In this document: piece by piece, positions 1 through 8,509 of the stretch
Numbering within the stretch: the first letter of the stretch is position 1
Layout of the letters: every line of letters starts with the position of its first letter
Source: Anaerolineales bacterium
GTDB lineage: Bacteria > Chloroflexota > Anaerolineae > Anaerolineales > UBA4823
Assembly (NCBI GenBank): GCA_035341015.1
Contig: DAOQUL010000007.1
Span: forward strand, 27,599-91,598
Direction of reading: 5' to 3'
DNA: 64,000 nt
The notes under the pieces: generated by a model
Seen by the model: the letters and a program-made list of their open reading frames with translations, nothing else
Told to the model about the DNA's origin: nothing
The model's database searches: none
Made by a program: the position numbers and the translations under genes

Positions 1-1
1 C

Positions 2-1057
2 TACCTGTCCATTGAAACCACCTCCATTCCGCTTTACATCCTGGCTGGCTTCATGACCCGCGATGATAAATCGGTCGAGTCGGGCTTCAAATACTTGTTG
101 TTTGGCGCGGTCACCTCTACCGTCATGCTCTATGGCTTCAGCTTGTTGTACGGCTTCTCGGGCCAGACCAATCTCTACCACCTGTCCCTGGCTTTCTATG
201 ACGCCCAATTCCCCGACCTGGCAATGCTGGCTGGACTGCTGTTGGTGCTGGTGGGTTTTGGCTTCAAGGTATCGATTGTGCCCTTCCACTTCTGGGCGCC
301 GGATGTCTATGAAGGCGCACCTACACCTGTGGCAGGCTTCCTCTCGACCGCATCCAAAGCTGCCGGGTTTGCGGTGCTGCTGCGGGTTTTGATGGCGCTT
401 TTTACCCCGGTGGCGGCTGGCTATTGGGTAACTTTGCTGGCGATCGTTTCGGTCTTGACCATGACGCTGGGCAATTTTCTGGCCCTGGCGCAGAAGAACA
501 TCAAGCGCATGCTGGCTTATTCTTCAATCGCCCATGCCGGGTATATCTTGATCGGGGTGGTTTCGCTGTCGCAGTTGGGTGGGACGAGCGTGGTTTTCTA
601 CCTGCTGGGTTACTTACTGACCAACCTGGCGGCTTTTGGCGTGGTGGTGGCCTTCTGGCAGGTGGTCGGTTCGGACGAGATCGCTTCGTATGCCGGTATG
701 AGCCGCCGCTCGCCCTGGTTGGCGTTGGCAATGTTGGTGGCCCTGCTTTCGCTGGCAGGCATGCCGCCCTTGGTGGGTTTTGTGGCCAAGGTTTTCGTCT
801 TTGCCGCTGCCGTGCAGGCCGACCTGATCTGGCTGGCGATCATCGGTGTGCTCAACTCGATCGTTGGTCTGTACTACTACCTGACGGTGCTCAAGGTGGT
901 TTATTTGTATCGCTCGCCCGATGATGACAAGCCGATCTCGGTTAGCCGCCCATACGCCATTGCTTTGCTGGTGCTCACTTTGGGCATCATTCTGGTGGGC
1001 ACCATCATGGGGCCGTGGTTTGCCTGGGCAACTACTGCCGCACAAGGGATCTTCTAA
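2..1057 (+). CDS. nuoN: NADH-quinone oxidoreductase subunit N, 5' end cut by window edge
   Basis: Frame is open from nt 2 (YLSIETTSIPLYILAGF precedes the first Met at 53). Polytopic membrane protein with ND2/NuoN motif FHFWAPDVYEGAPTPVAGFLS. Confidence 0.9.
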   Translation, partial: YLSIETTSIPLYILAGFMTRDDKSVESGFKYLLFGAVTSTVMLYGFSLLYGFSGQTNLYHLSLAFYDAQFPDLAMLAGLLLVLVGFGFKVSIVPFHFWAPDVYEGAPTPVAGFLSTASKAAGFAVLLRVLMALFTPVAAGYWVTLLAIVSVLTMTLGNFLALAQKNIKRMLAYSSIAHAGYILIGVVSLSQLGGTSVVFYLLGYLLTNLAAFGVVVAFWQVVGSDEIASYAGMSRRSPWLALAMLVALLSLAGMPPLVGFVAKVFVFAAAVQADLIWLAIIGVLNSIVGLYYYLTVLKVVYLYRSPDDDKPISVSRPYAIALLVLTLGIILVGTIMGPWFAWATTAAQGIF

Positions 1058-1089
1058 CGCATCTTGTGGGAGGATGCGCTGTAAGAATG

Positions 1090-1119
1090 TTGACATTCAT
1101 TATCAGCTTATGATAAAAT
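1090..1119 (+). promoter_or_regulatory. sigma70-type promoter of the F0 atp operon
   Basis: TTGACA (1090-1095), 17-18 nt spacer, ATAAAA/TAAAAT (1113-1119). Only 9 nt (ctgcccgct) and no Shine-Dalgarno lie before the ATG at 1129. Confidence 0.5.
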
Positions 1120-1128
1120 CTGCCCGCT

Positions 1129-1452
1129 ATGAAACAAAATAACGACTCGGCCAATCTGAACCAGGCAATGAAGGCCATGTTGAATGTTACCCCGATTGCC
1201 TTGGGGGCGCAGATTGGTTGTATTACCCTGGTCATTGTGCTTGGTGCTTTGTTTGGCGGGTTGTTGATCGATAAGTTCTTAGATACCAAGCCGATATTTA
1301 CGATCATTCTGCTGTTGGCTTCGGCGCCGTTGTCTTTGTATCTGACGTTTTACCTGGCAATGCGGGTCGTCAAGTCCATGCCACCCCCTCAGATGGGGCA
1401 GTCGGCGGCAAAGAAGGTTCAAGACGAAGAAGAGGAGGAACTCAGTGACTGA
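1129..1452 (+). CDS. atpZ: AtpZ/AtpI-family small membrane protein preceding F0 genes
   Basis: 107 aa with two hydrophobic helices and motif GALFGGLLIDKFLDTKPIFTII. Overlaps the atpB start by 8 nt. Confidence 0.75.
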   Translation: MKQNNDSANLNQAMKAMLNVTPIALGAQIGCITLVIVLGALFGGLLIDKFLDTKPIFTIILLLASAPLSLYLTFYLAMRVVKSMPPPQMGQSAAKKVQDEEEEELSD

Positions 1453-2515
1453 AGAAAAGACCAAGAGACGGTTTGGGTTCAAGCGTTGGATCGTGTTGGC
1501 CCTGGTCGCGGCAGGAATTTACTGCGCCTTCTTTGGCCCCTCGGTGTTGAAGCCGATCAGCCCAATGGTTGTCTTGCCTCCTGAGCCAACCGGGTTGAAT
1601 ATCTTTGGCTTCCAGATCACCAACTCGATCCTGGCAACTTTGATTGCCGATCTGCTGCTGATTCTGGTGGCAGTGTTGGCGTATCGTTTCAGCAAGAGTG
1701 GCAAAGAAATCCCTTCAGGTTTTTATAATGCCTTTGAAGCGCTGGTCGAATTCTTGTGGAATAATGTCCAGAATTCGGCTGGCAAATGGGCCAGGCGTGT
1801 TTTTGCCATCCCTGCCACGATCTTTTTGCTGGTCTTTGTGGCTAACATGGTCAAGTTGTTACCCGGCTTCGAAAGCATCGGCTACATGAAAGAAGCGCAC
1901 GGTGCTTACGGATACAAGGCCGTGACGTTGATCCCCGGTTTCCTTTACACCATTGATAAGGGGCATCCCATTAGCGAAGCCGGGCATGATGCCGCACCGG
2001 CCCATGCCGAAGAAGCCGGGCATGCCGAAGATGAGCATACGGTCGGCGCCACAGAGATCAGTGAAGATAAGTATTATGAAGTGGTGCCCTTCTTGCGTGG
2101 CTCAGCCACCGACATCAATTTCCCCTTTGCCCTGGCTATCATTGCCGTGGTAACCACCCAGGTCTTTGGGGTTATGTCGCAGGGCGTTGAATATTTCCAT
2201 AAGTTCTTCCCGGTGCGCGACTTAAAGAAAGGTGCTTTTGGGGTCATCAACCTTGTTGTAGGTCTGCTTGAGTTGGTGCTCGAGTTTGCAAAGATCCTTT
2301 CGTTTGGCTTCCGTCTTTTTGGTAATATCTTTGCCGGTGCGCTCTTGCTTTCGATCGTGGGCGCCCTGACGGCGGTCGTCGTTCCGGCTGGCTTGTATGG
2401 CTTCGAAATCTTCTTCGGCGTTATCCAGGCCTACATTTTCTTCCTGTTATCAGCAGTATTCATGGGCGGGGCCACTGTCAGCCATGGTGGCGAGCACGCC
2501 GAAGCACATCATTAA
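1445..2515 (+). CDS. atpB: F0F1 ATP synthase subunit a (unusually long, 356 aa)
   Basis: GTG start. Carries the conserved essential-Arg motif LSFGFRLFGNIFAG near the C-terminus and is polytopic. Has an extra His/Glu-rich loop and a His-rich tail. Confidence 0.9.
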   Translation: MTEEKTKRRFGFKRWIVLALVAAGIYCAFFGPSVLKPISPMVVLPPEPTGLNIFGFQITNSILATLIADLLLILVAVLAYRFSKSGKEIPSGFYNAFEALVEFLWNNVQNSAGKWARRVFAIPATIFLLVFVANMVKLLPGFESIGYMKEAHGAYGYKAVTLIPGFLYTIDKGHPISEAGHDAAPAHAEEAGHAEDEHTVGATEISEDKYYEVVPFLRGSATDINFPFALAIIAVVTTQVFGVMSQGVEYFHKFFPVRDLKKGAFGVINLVVGLLELVLEFAKILSFGFRLFGNIFAGALLLSIVGALTAVVVPAGLYGFEIFFGVIQAYIFFLLSAVFMGGATVSHGGEHAEAHH

Positions 2516-2555
2516 GCATACGAGTTACGTAAATTACACAAGGAGAAGCGACTAA

Positions 2556-2798
2556 ATGGAGTACAACGAATTCTTCGTGAATGGCATGAAATTGATTGGC
2601 GCTGGCCTGGCTATGTTGGGCACCTTTGGCGCTGGTTTGGGCGTTGGCTTGGCGGCTTCGGGTGGTGTACAGGCAATGGGCCGCAACCCTGATGCCGCTC
2701 CAATCATCCAAACGAACATGATCCTTGGCATGGCTTTTGCTGAAGCGGTTGCTATTTACGCTTTGGCTGTGTCGCTGATCATCATTTTCGCCGCCTGA
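2556..2798 (+). CDS. atpE: F0F1 ATP synthase subunit c
   Basis: 80-aa hairpin protein with GRNPD loop and the ion-binding Glu in GMAFAEAVAIYAL. AAGGAG RBS upstream. Confidence 0.95.
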   Translation: MEYNEFFVNGMKLIGAGLAMLGTFGAGLGVGLAASGGVQAMGRNPDAAPIIQTNMILGMAFAEAVAIYALAVSLIIIFAA

Positions 2799-2834
2799 GC
2801 CCTTGCGGAATCATTCCTCGAGGAGTCTGGATAA

Positions 2835-3572
2835 ATGGAAAAACTTGGTATCAATCTAGGTTATTTGCTCTTCCAGATCTTCAATTTCGCCATCATAGCC
2901 ATTGTTCTGTACGCTTTGGCTTATAAGCCGATCTTGAAAATGCTGGAAAACCGCAAGCGGAAAATCGCCCAGGCGATGGAAGATTCGCAGGTTGCCGCTG
3001 AAGCGCGTGCCAATGCCGAGCAAGAAGCAGGCAAGATTGTTGCTGATGCGCAGTCTAAGGCCAGTCACTTGGTACGCGAGGCCACCGAGCGGGCTGAATC
3101 GGCCAACCGCGACGTGCGCGTGGCTGCCGAAGCCGAAGCCTCTAAGATACGCGAGCAAGCCCAGGCTGAAGCTCAGGTAGAGCGCGATCGCATCTTGGGC
3201 GAGCTGCGCGGCCAGGTGGCGGCACTTTCGATCGCTGCGGCGCAGAAGTTGGTCGGCGAGGCGTTGGACGAGAAGCGCCAGCATGCCCTGATCGACGAGT
3301 TCTTCTCGGGCGTCAAATCGGGCAAGGTGACCGTGTTGGAAGGCACCGGCCTGAACGGCAGTTCGGCTGAGGTAACCAGCGCACTGCCCTTGACCCCCGC
3401 CGAGATGGAAACCGTCAAGCGGGACGTGCTTTCGAAGATCGGCAGCCAGGCCACCGTGTCTTTTCGGGTTGACCCCAATATCTTGGGCGGCCTGGTCATT
3501 CGTGCCGGTGGCAAGGTTCTGGACGCTTCTGTTTCTGGCCAGTTAGAAAGCTTACGCCAAACCCTGGCCTAA
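2835..3572 (+). CDS. atpF: ATP synthase subunit b fused to a delta/OSCP C-terminal domain
   Basis: N-terminal TM helix plus a long Ala/Glu/Arg coiled coil typical of subunit b. The last ~70 aa (VDPNILGGLVIRAGGKVLDASVSGQLESL) match the delta C-terminal domain signature. Confidence 0.8.
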   Translation: MEKLGINLGYLLFQIFNFAIIAIVLYALAYKPILKMLENRKRKIAQAMEDSQVAAEARANAEQEAGKIVADAQSKASHLVREATERAESANRDVRVAAEAEASKIREQAQAEAQVERDRILGELRGQVAALSIAAAQKLVGEALDEKRQHALIDEFFSGVKSGKVTVLEGTGLNGSSAEVTSALPLTPAEMETVKRDVLSKIGSQATVSFRVDPNILGGLVIRAGGKVLDASVSGQLESLRQTLA

Positions 3573-3587
3573 TCCCTGGTCCCTGAT

Positions 3588-3647
3588 CCGAAATTGGCTG
3601 TTTGCCGGCGTACAACCGGGATGCAGCCAATTTCGGGTTTTATTTAT
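3588..3647 (+). terminator. intrinsic terminator after the F0 genes
   Basis: 13-bp perfect stem ccgaaattggctg (3588-3600) / cagccaatttcgg (3624-3636), followed by gttttatttat. Confidence 0.6.
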
Positions 3648-3668
3648 AGAAGGGTTTGCATTATTTGT

Positions 3669-5228
3669 ATGAACACACCTGTTCGCCTGCGTGACCTGCT
3701 CAACGAATTCCCCTTTCCCTACCAACTGCTGGGTGATGATGCCCTGGTGAGTGGGGTGGTGTTCGATTCGCGCCAGGTGCAGGCTGGCAGCCTGTTCGTA
3801 GCTGCCTCTGGAGAGTTTGCCGATGGGCATCGTTTCATCCCCGATGCCATCCAGCGCGGGGCGGCGGCGGTGGTGGGCAGCCAGGATCTGCCCGGGCTGG
3901 CAGTGCCTTATGTGCGCGTTCCAGATGGGCGCCAGGCTTTACCCCACCTGGCGGCCGCGTTTTATGGTTACCCGGCCCGCAAATTGACCATGTTGGGCGT
4001 GACCGGCACGGATGGCAAGACTACCACCGTCAACCTGGTTTACCACATCATGCAGGCGGCAGGGCTAAAGGTTGGCATGATCTCAACCGTCAACGCAGTC
4101 ATCGGTCAGCAGGTGCTGGATACCGGCTTCCATGTCACCACGCCCGATGCCCCCGACGTTCAACGTTACCTGGCGCAGATGGTAGAGGCTGGCCTGACGC
4201 ATGCCGTGCTGGAGACCACTTCTCACGGTTGGGCACAGTACCGTGTGGATGCTTGCGAATTTGATGTAGGGGTGGTGACCAATATCACCCACGAGCATCT
4301 CAATTATCATGGCACGTATGAAGCTTACCGGGCGGCCAAAGGGCGTTTGTTCACCAGCCTGGCTGAGACACACCCCAAGCCGCAGGGCAACCCGCGCCTG
4401 GCTGTGCTGAATCGGGATGACTCTTCGTATGGATACTTGAGTGATACGACAGGTGTCCCTCAAGTTACCTATGGTTTCGATCCATTGGCTGATCTGCGCC
4501 CCGAGCAGGTTGAACACCAGCCAGGCAGCCTATCTTTCACCGTCTGCGGTCTGGGCTTGCGTCTGCCGCTGCGTTGCATGCTGGCGGGCGAGTTCAACGT
4601 CTCTAACTGCCTGGCGGCTGTTGGGGCTACCGTGGTGGCCCTGGAAATTGATCCCCAGGCCGCCGCCCGCGGCATTGCTGCACTGCCGGGGGTGCCGGGA
4701 CGCATGGAGCGCCTGGACCTGGGCCAGGATTTCACAGCCATTGTTGATTTTGCGCATACCCCCAATGCCCTCAAGCGCGCCCTCGAAGCCGCCCGCAAGA
4801 TGGTGGGGGCAGGGCGCCTGATTGCCGTCTTTGGTTCGGCTGGGGCGCGCGATCAACTGAAACGTATCTTGATGGCAGAGGTGTCGGCCGAGCTGGCTGA
4901 TATGACCATCTTGACCGCTGAGGACCCGCGCACCGAATCCCTGGCGGACATCTTAGCCGCCATGTCGGCTGGGGCTGAGTCGCGCGGCGGGGTAGAGGGG
5001 CAGACCTTCTGGCGCATTCCTGACCGCGGCGAAGCCATCCGCTTCGCGGTCTCTCGCGCCCGCCCGGGCGATATCGTCATAGCTTGCGGCAAGGGGCATG
5101 AGCAGTCTATGTGTTTTGGCACCACAGAATATGCCTGGGACGACCGTACCGCCATGCGGGCGGCCTTGTCTGAGCGCCTGGGGATTGATGGGCCGGGTAT
5201 GCCGTATTTGCCCACTCAAGAAGAATAG
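3669..5228 (+). CDS. murE: UDP-N-acetylmuramoyl-L-alanyl-D-glutamate--2,6-diaminopimelate ligase
   Basis: Mur ligase P-loop GVTGTDGKTTT and a DNPR-like TAEDPRTE motif. Start moved to the ATG at 3669 because the 3594 extension runs through the atp terminator. Confidence 0.9.
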   Translation: MNTPVRLRDLLNEFPFPYQLLGDDALVSGVVFDSRQVQAGSLFVAASGEFADGHRFIPDAIQRGAAAVVGSQDLPGLAVPYVRVPDGRQALPHLAAAFYGYPARKLTMLGVTGTDGKTTTVNLVYHIMQAAGLKVGMISTVNAVIGQQVLDTGFHVTTPDAPDVQRYLAQMVEAGLTHAVLETTSHGWAQYRVDACEFDVGVVTNITHEHLNYHGTYEAYRAAKGRLFTSLAETHPKPQGNPRLAVLNRDDSSYGYLSDTTGVPQVTYGFDPLADLRPEQVEHQPGSLSFTVCGLGLRLPLRCMLAGEFNVSNCLAAVGATVVALEIDPQAAARGIAALPGVPGRMERLDLGQDFTAIVDFAHTPNALKRALEAARKMVGAGRLIAVFGSAGARDQLKRILMAEVSAELADMTILTAEDPRTESLADILAAMSAGAESRGGVEGQTFWRIPDRGEAIRFAVSRARPGDIVIACGKGHEQSMCFGTTEYAWDDRTAMRAALSERLGIDGPGMPYLPTQEE

Positions 5229-5241
5229 CGTGGTTTACAGA

Positions 5242-6321
5242 TTATAGGACTTCGTTTAGATCAATATTGCGTGCCGCGGCCCGTTCTCGCCGCCAGGCCT
5301 CGCCTGTAGGCGGGGGTGCTTTCACCTGTTCCTCGGGGCGGCGCACCAGAGACATGGCGCCCTCAGGGCAAGCCAGCACGCAAACCCCACAGCCCACGCA
5401 GCGGATTTCATTTACGACCATCGTGGTTTCGATCGACAGGGCGTCAAACTGGCATTTGCTGAGGCACATGCCGCAGGTGTGGCATAACGATTCGTCCACC
5501 TGATTAACGAATGCCGAGCGTGCCACCGCGTTGGCGATTCCGGCCTCGGCAATCCCGCGTAAGATGCCGCAAGAACAGGTACAGCAATTGCAGATGTAGT
5601 CATGCCCATCTTGTTTATTGCTGAGCGAGTGCACCAGACCGGCTTCAGAAGCTCGCCGCAGGGTGGCCTTGGCTTGCTCCAGGGTCAGGGCCCGCACATC
5701 CGAAAGGCCATCAAACTCGCCCGGCTTGTCACTGAATACCATGCACACATCCAGTGGGTGCTGGCAGCCTTCTCCGATGAGCGCCTTTTGTTGGCGGCAA
5801 ATACAATCTACCACCCCCCAGGCTTTTGCCTTAGCCAGGATATCCTCGGCAGATTCGAAGGGCAAGATCTCCATGTCGTTGCGAATCGCTTCGCCAACCG
5901 GAATGACGCGGTGATAGCTGGGTTCAATTCTCAGGGTCTGGGAAAAAGAAGAACGAAAATATTCTTCAATCAGGCGCGCCAGTTCTTCGTCTAGCCGCCC
6001 GTTCTGGTTTTCGTAAAAGCCCACCACAAAAGGGATCAGACCATACCCCAGCCCGCCTTCGCAGCGCCCAGCCTTGATCAGGCCGCGGCGGGTCATATTT
6101 TTGAGCATGGTGCGCACGGGTTGTAGCTCGCCGCCTATCCGCTCGATGATTTGGGCCGGCGTCTCCAGGGTCAGGCGCAGGTTCGCCGCCAGGTCGGCTT
6201 CCTCGGGGCTGAAGAGCCGGGCCAGCAGGCGCAGCTCGGCGCCATCCGGTGCGGGTGGGAAGCCGTTTGGCAGGGCATCCAGGCGCGCCGCCAGACGCTG
6301 GTAAGCTGTGTTTTCGGTCAC
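5242..6321 (-). CDS. 4Fe-4S dicluster domain protein with a large N-terminal non-ferredoxin region
   Basis: C-terminal CHTCGMCLSKC and CVGCGVCVLACP cluster motifs plus a CNCCTCSC Cys patch. Start overlaps the add stop by 4 nt. Confidence 0.7.
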   Translation of the reverse strand: MTENTAYQRLAARLDALPNGFPPAPDGAELRLLARLFSPEEADLAANLRLTLETPAQIIERIGGELQPVRTMLKNMTRRGLIKAGRCEGGLGYGLIPFVVGFYENQNGRLDEELARLIEEYFRSSFSQTLRIEPSYHRVIPVGEAIRNDMEILPFESAEDILAKAKAWGVVDCICRQQKALIGEGCQHPLDVCMVFSDKPGEFDGLSDVRALTLEQAKATLRRASEAGLVHSLSNKQDGHDYICNCCTCSCGILRGIAEAGIANAVARSAFVNQVDESLCHTCGMCLSKCQFDALSIETTMVVNEIRCVGCGVCVLACPEGAMSLVRRPEEQVKAPPPTGEAWRRERAAARNIDLNEVL

Positions 6322-7343
6322 AGCAGGTCTCCCAGCCGGTCAAATTCAGCCTGGAATTGGGCGGTGTACCAGGCCTTTTCGGTCTGGCTTAATAAACTGG
6401 CCCGGATTGCATTCAGGCTGGCCTGTTGGAGCTCGGCCGCCGTGAAGCCAAAATGCTCCACCAAAGCCTGGTATTCCTGGTTCAGGCTGGTCTGGAACAT
6501 GGGAGGATCATCGGAATTAACGGTGATGAGCAGACCAGCATCCCATAAACGGTGCAGGGGGTGCTGCGCATAGTCACGATATACCCCCAGGCGCAGGTTG
6601 CTGGTGGGGCAGACTTCCAACGCGATCTGCCGCTGGCGCAGGTATTCGACCAGCTCGGGGTCTTCGATACAGCGTACCCCGTGGCCCAGGCGGTCGGCGT
6701 GCAGCAGCTTGATCGCCCCCCAAATGCTGTCAGGCCCGGCGGTTTCACCGGCGTGGGGTACGCTTGGCATGCCTGCCTGGCGTGCCTTCTCAAAGGTGGC
6801 GGTGAACATAGCTGGGGGGCCGTTGACTTCATCGCCGCCCAGTCCCAACGCCACCACGCCCTGGGTCCGGGCCGCCAGGGCAATCTCCAGCAGCGCGTCT
6901 TGCTCGCTGGGGTTGTTGCGCACAATATCAAAGACCCAATTCCAGCGCACGCCAAAGTCGGCGGCGGCGCGCCCCCGCCCGACATTTAAGGCTTCCAAGA
7001 TCACCTGCCAGGGCAGGCCCGTTGTGGTCATATTGGTGATCATGCTGAAGGTCACTTCGGCATAGCGAATGTTTTGCCAGGAGCATTGGCGGCCAAATTC
7101 GTAGGCGATTAGATCGTAATCCTCGGGTGTGCGCAGGCACTTGGTTACCGTGAGGTATACATCCAGGAAGTGGTCGAAATCGCGAAAGCGGTAAAATGCT
7201 TCTGATCCGCTAACATCCTGGAATGGCAGTTGAATATGATTACGCTCAGCCAGCCTGAGCAAAGTTTCGGGTCGGATCGAGCCTTCTAGATGCACGTGCA
7301 GCTCGGCCTTGGGCATTTTTTGGGCAAAATCGGCAAGAGGCAT
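6318..7343 (-). CDS. add: adenosine deaminase
   Basis: Metal-binding ELHVHLEGS motif near the N-terminus, HAGE motif, and C-terminal TVNSDDPPMF. Confidence 0.9.
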   Translation of the reverse strand: MPLADFAQKMPKAELHVHLEGSIRPETLLRLAERNHIQLPFQDVSGSEAFYRFRDFDHFLDVYLTVTKCLRTPEDYDLIAYEFGRQCSWQNIRYAEVTFSMITNMTTTGLPWQVILEALNVGRGRAAADFGVRWNWVFDIVRNNPSEQDALLEIALAARTQGVVALGLGGDEVNGPPAMFTATFEKARQAGMPSVPHAGETAGPDSIWGAIKLLHADRLGHGVRCIEDPELVEYLRQRQIALEVCPTSNLRLGVYRDYAQHPLHRLWDAGLLITVNSDDPPMFQTSLNQEYQALVEHFGFTAAELQQASLNAIRASLLSQTEKAWYTAQFQAEFDRLGDLL

Positions 7344-7398
7344 TTTTAAGCTTTCTCTGTGTACTCTCTGTGGTGAGGCTTGGATTTTTGCAACCTGA

Positions 7399-8223
7399 TT
7401 ACATCAGGTTCTGATTCATCCCGGCCTGCAGGCGGCGGTACTGCTCGCTGTTGGCATATTGGCGGATATGATTGATGCGCTTGATGATCATGGGGTGAGT
7501 AGCCAGCAGCTCGCCCAGGTTGCCCGAAAGGCTGTCGTCTTCACTTTCAATGCGCGCCAGGGCATTCTCTAAGGCAGCCTGGCTGTGAATTGCAGCCGGG
7601 CCGGCCTCGATCTTGATCAAGGCGCTGATGGCCTTGCGCGGGTTGGCACAGGCCAGCATCCCGGCCCGGTCAGCCGAATATTCGCAAGCCCGGTTCCACC
7701 AGCGGAAGGCTACTTCCATTAATAATAGTGCACCAGTCGAACTGGGGATGCCCGCCATCCCGCCCACCAGCGTGTTCAGCCAGGTATGCCCCAGGCGCAC
7801 ATGACCCATCTCGTGCCCAATGATGAACTGTAATTCGTCGCGATCCATCAATTGGAACAGGGCCGAGTGGAGCACGATGGCCTTGGGCGAGGTGATGCCG
7901 AAGGTGTATGCATTGACAACCCTGCTGGGCACGATGAAAACATCCACCGGCTCAACCTGCAGGCGTTCAGCGGCTTCTTGCAGCACCGGCCTCAATTCAG
8001 GCGCTGCCTCTTCTGCCCGCCGGGCGGTTTGCAAGAGCTGCTGGTGGTGGGCCCGGCTGGAGAAATAACCCATCACCACTCCTGCAACCACAAATACCGC
8101 GCTCAGGCAGACTGTAGCGCCGGCCGTCAAGGCGATAACGCCAAAAACCAACAGTAGGGTAACCCCTAAAATGAGGTGTTCGTTGGCATAACGGTACGAG
8201 GTGGTGTCGAAGCGGCGGGCCAT
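7399..8223 (-). CDS. M48-family (HtpX-like) membrane zinc metalloprotease
   Basis: HEMGH zinc motif with N-terminal TM helices. AAGGA RBS upstream of the ATG. Confidence 0.8.
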   Translation of the reverse strand: MARRFDTTSYRYANEHLILGVTLLLVFGVIALTAGATVCLSAVFVVAGVVMGYFSSRAHHQQLLQTARRAEEAAPELRPVLQEAAERLQVEPVDVFIVPSRVVNAYTFGITSPKAIVLHSALFQLMDRDELQFIIGHEMGHVRLGHTWLNTLVGGMAGIPSSTGALLLMEVAFRWWNRACEYSADRAGMLACANPRKAISALIKIEAGPAAIHSQAALENALARIESEDDSLSGNLGELLATHPMIIKRINHIRQYANSEQYRRLQAGMNQNLM

Positions 8224-8314
8224 AAGCGTATCCTTTTGACGATGAGCGTATAATGGCTAATTTTACTCGATTAACCTGGACCTGTAATGCGGGCTTTAAC
8301 TGCCGCCTGAGTTA

Positions 8315-8323
8315 TGGTATAAT
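8315..8323 (+). promoter_or_regulatory. extended -10 promoter element (TGgTATAAT) for the ABC-F leader
   Basis: TG at 8315-8316 and TATAAT at 8318-8323. No good -35 seen. Confidence 0.45.
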
Positions 8324-8332
8324 CCCCCCGCT

Positions 8333-8419
8333 ATGATCTACAATTTCCGTTCGGCTCAAGTGCTCGTGATTGGGGTGCGTGGGTTCATCGCCCAGGGGCT
8401 CCTCGAAACGCGCCTGTAG
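8333..8419 (+). promoter_or_regulatory. candidate leaderless 28-codon upstream ORF in the ABC-F leader
   Basis: The ATG lies 9 nt after the -10 with no SD. Encodes MIYNFRSAQVLVIGVRGFIAQGLLETRL and ends 30 nt before the terminator stem. Confidence 0.25.
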
Positions 8420-8449
8420 CCAAACTTTGCATTGCTTTGTTTGTTCTTG

Positions 8450-8484
8450 CGCCGCAGGCTTGCCCTGCGGCGTTTTCATTTCTT
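8450..8484 (+). terminator. intrinsic terminator-like hairpin inside the 5' leader of the ABC-F gene (attenuator candidate)
   Basis: Stem cgccgcagg (8450-8458) / cctgcggcg (8464-8472), then ttttcatttctt. Sits 25 nt upstream of the ABC-F ATG (8510), whose GAGGTG RBS follows. Confidence 0.55.
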
Positions 8485-8509
8485 GTAATAGATTTATCTG
8501 AGGTGTTTT

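Noticed and set aside
3594-3668. The ORF track starts murE at 3594 (MAVCRRTTGMQPISGFIYRRVCIIC...).
   Set aside because: That extension runs straight through the atp terminator hairpin and T-run (3588-3647) and is Cys/Arg-rich nonsense. The ATG at 3669 gives a normal MurE N-terminus.
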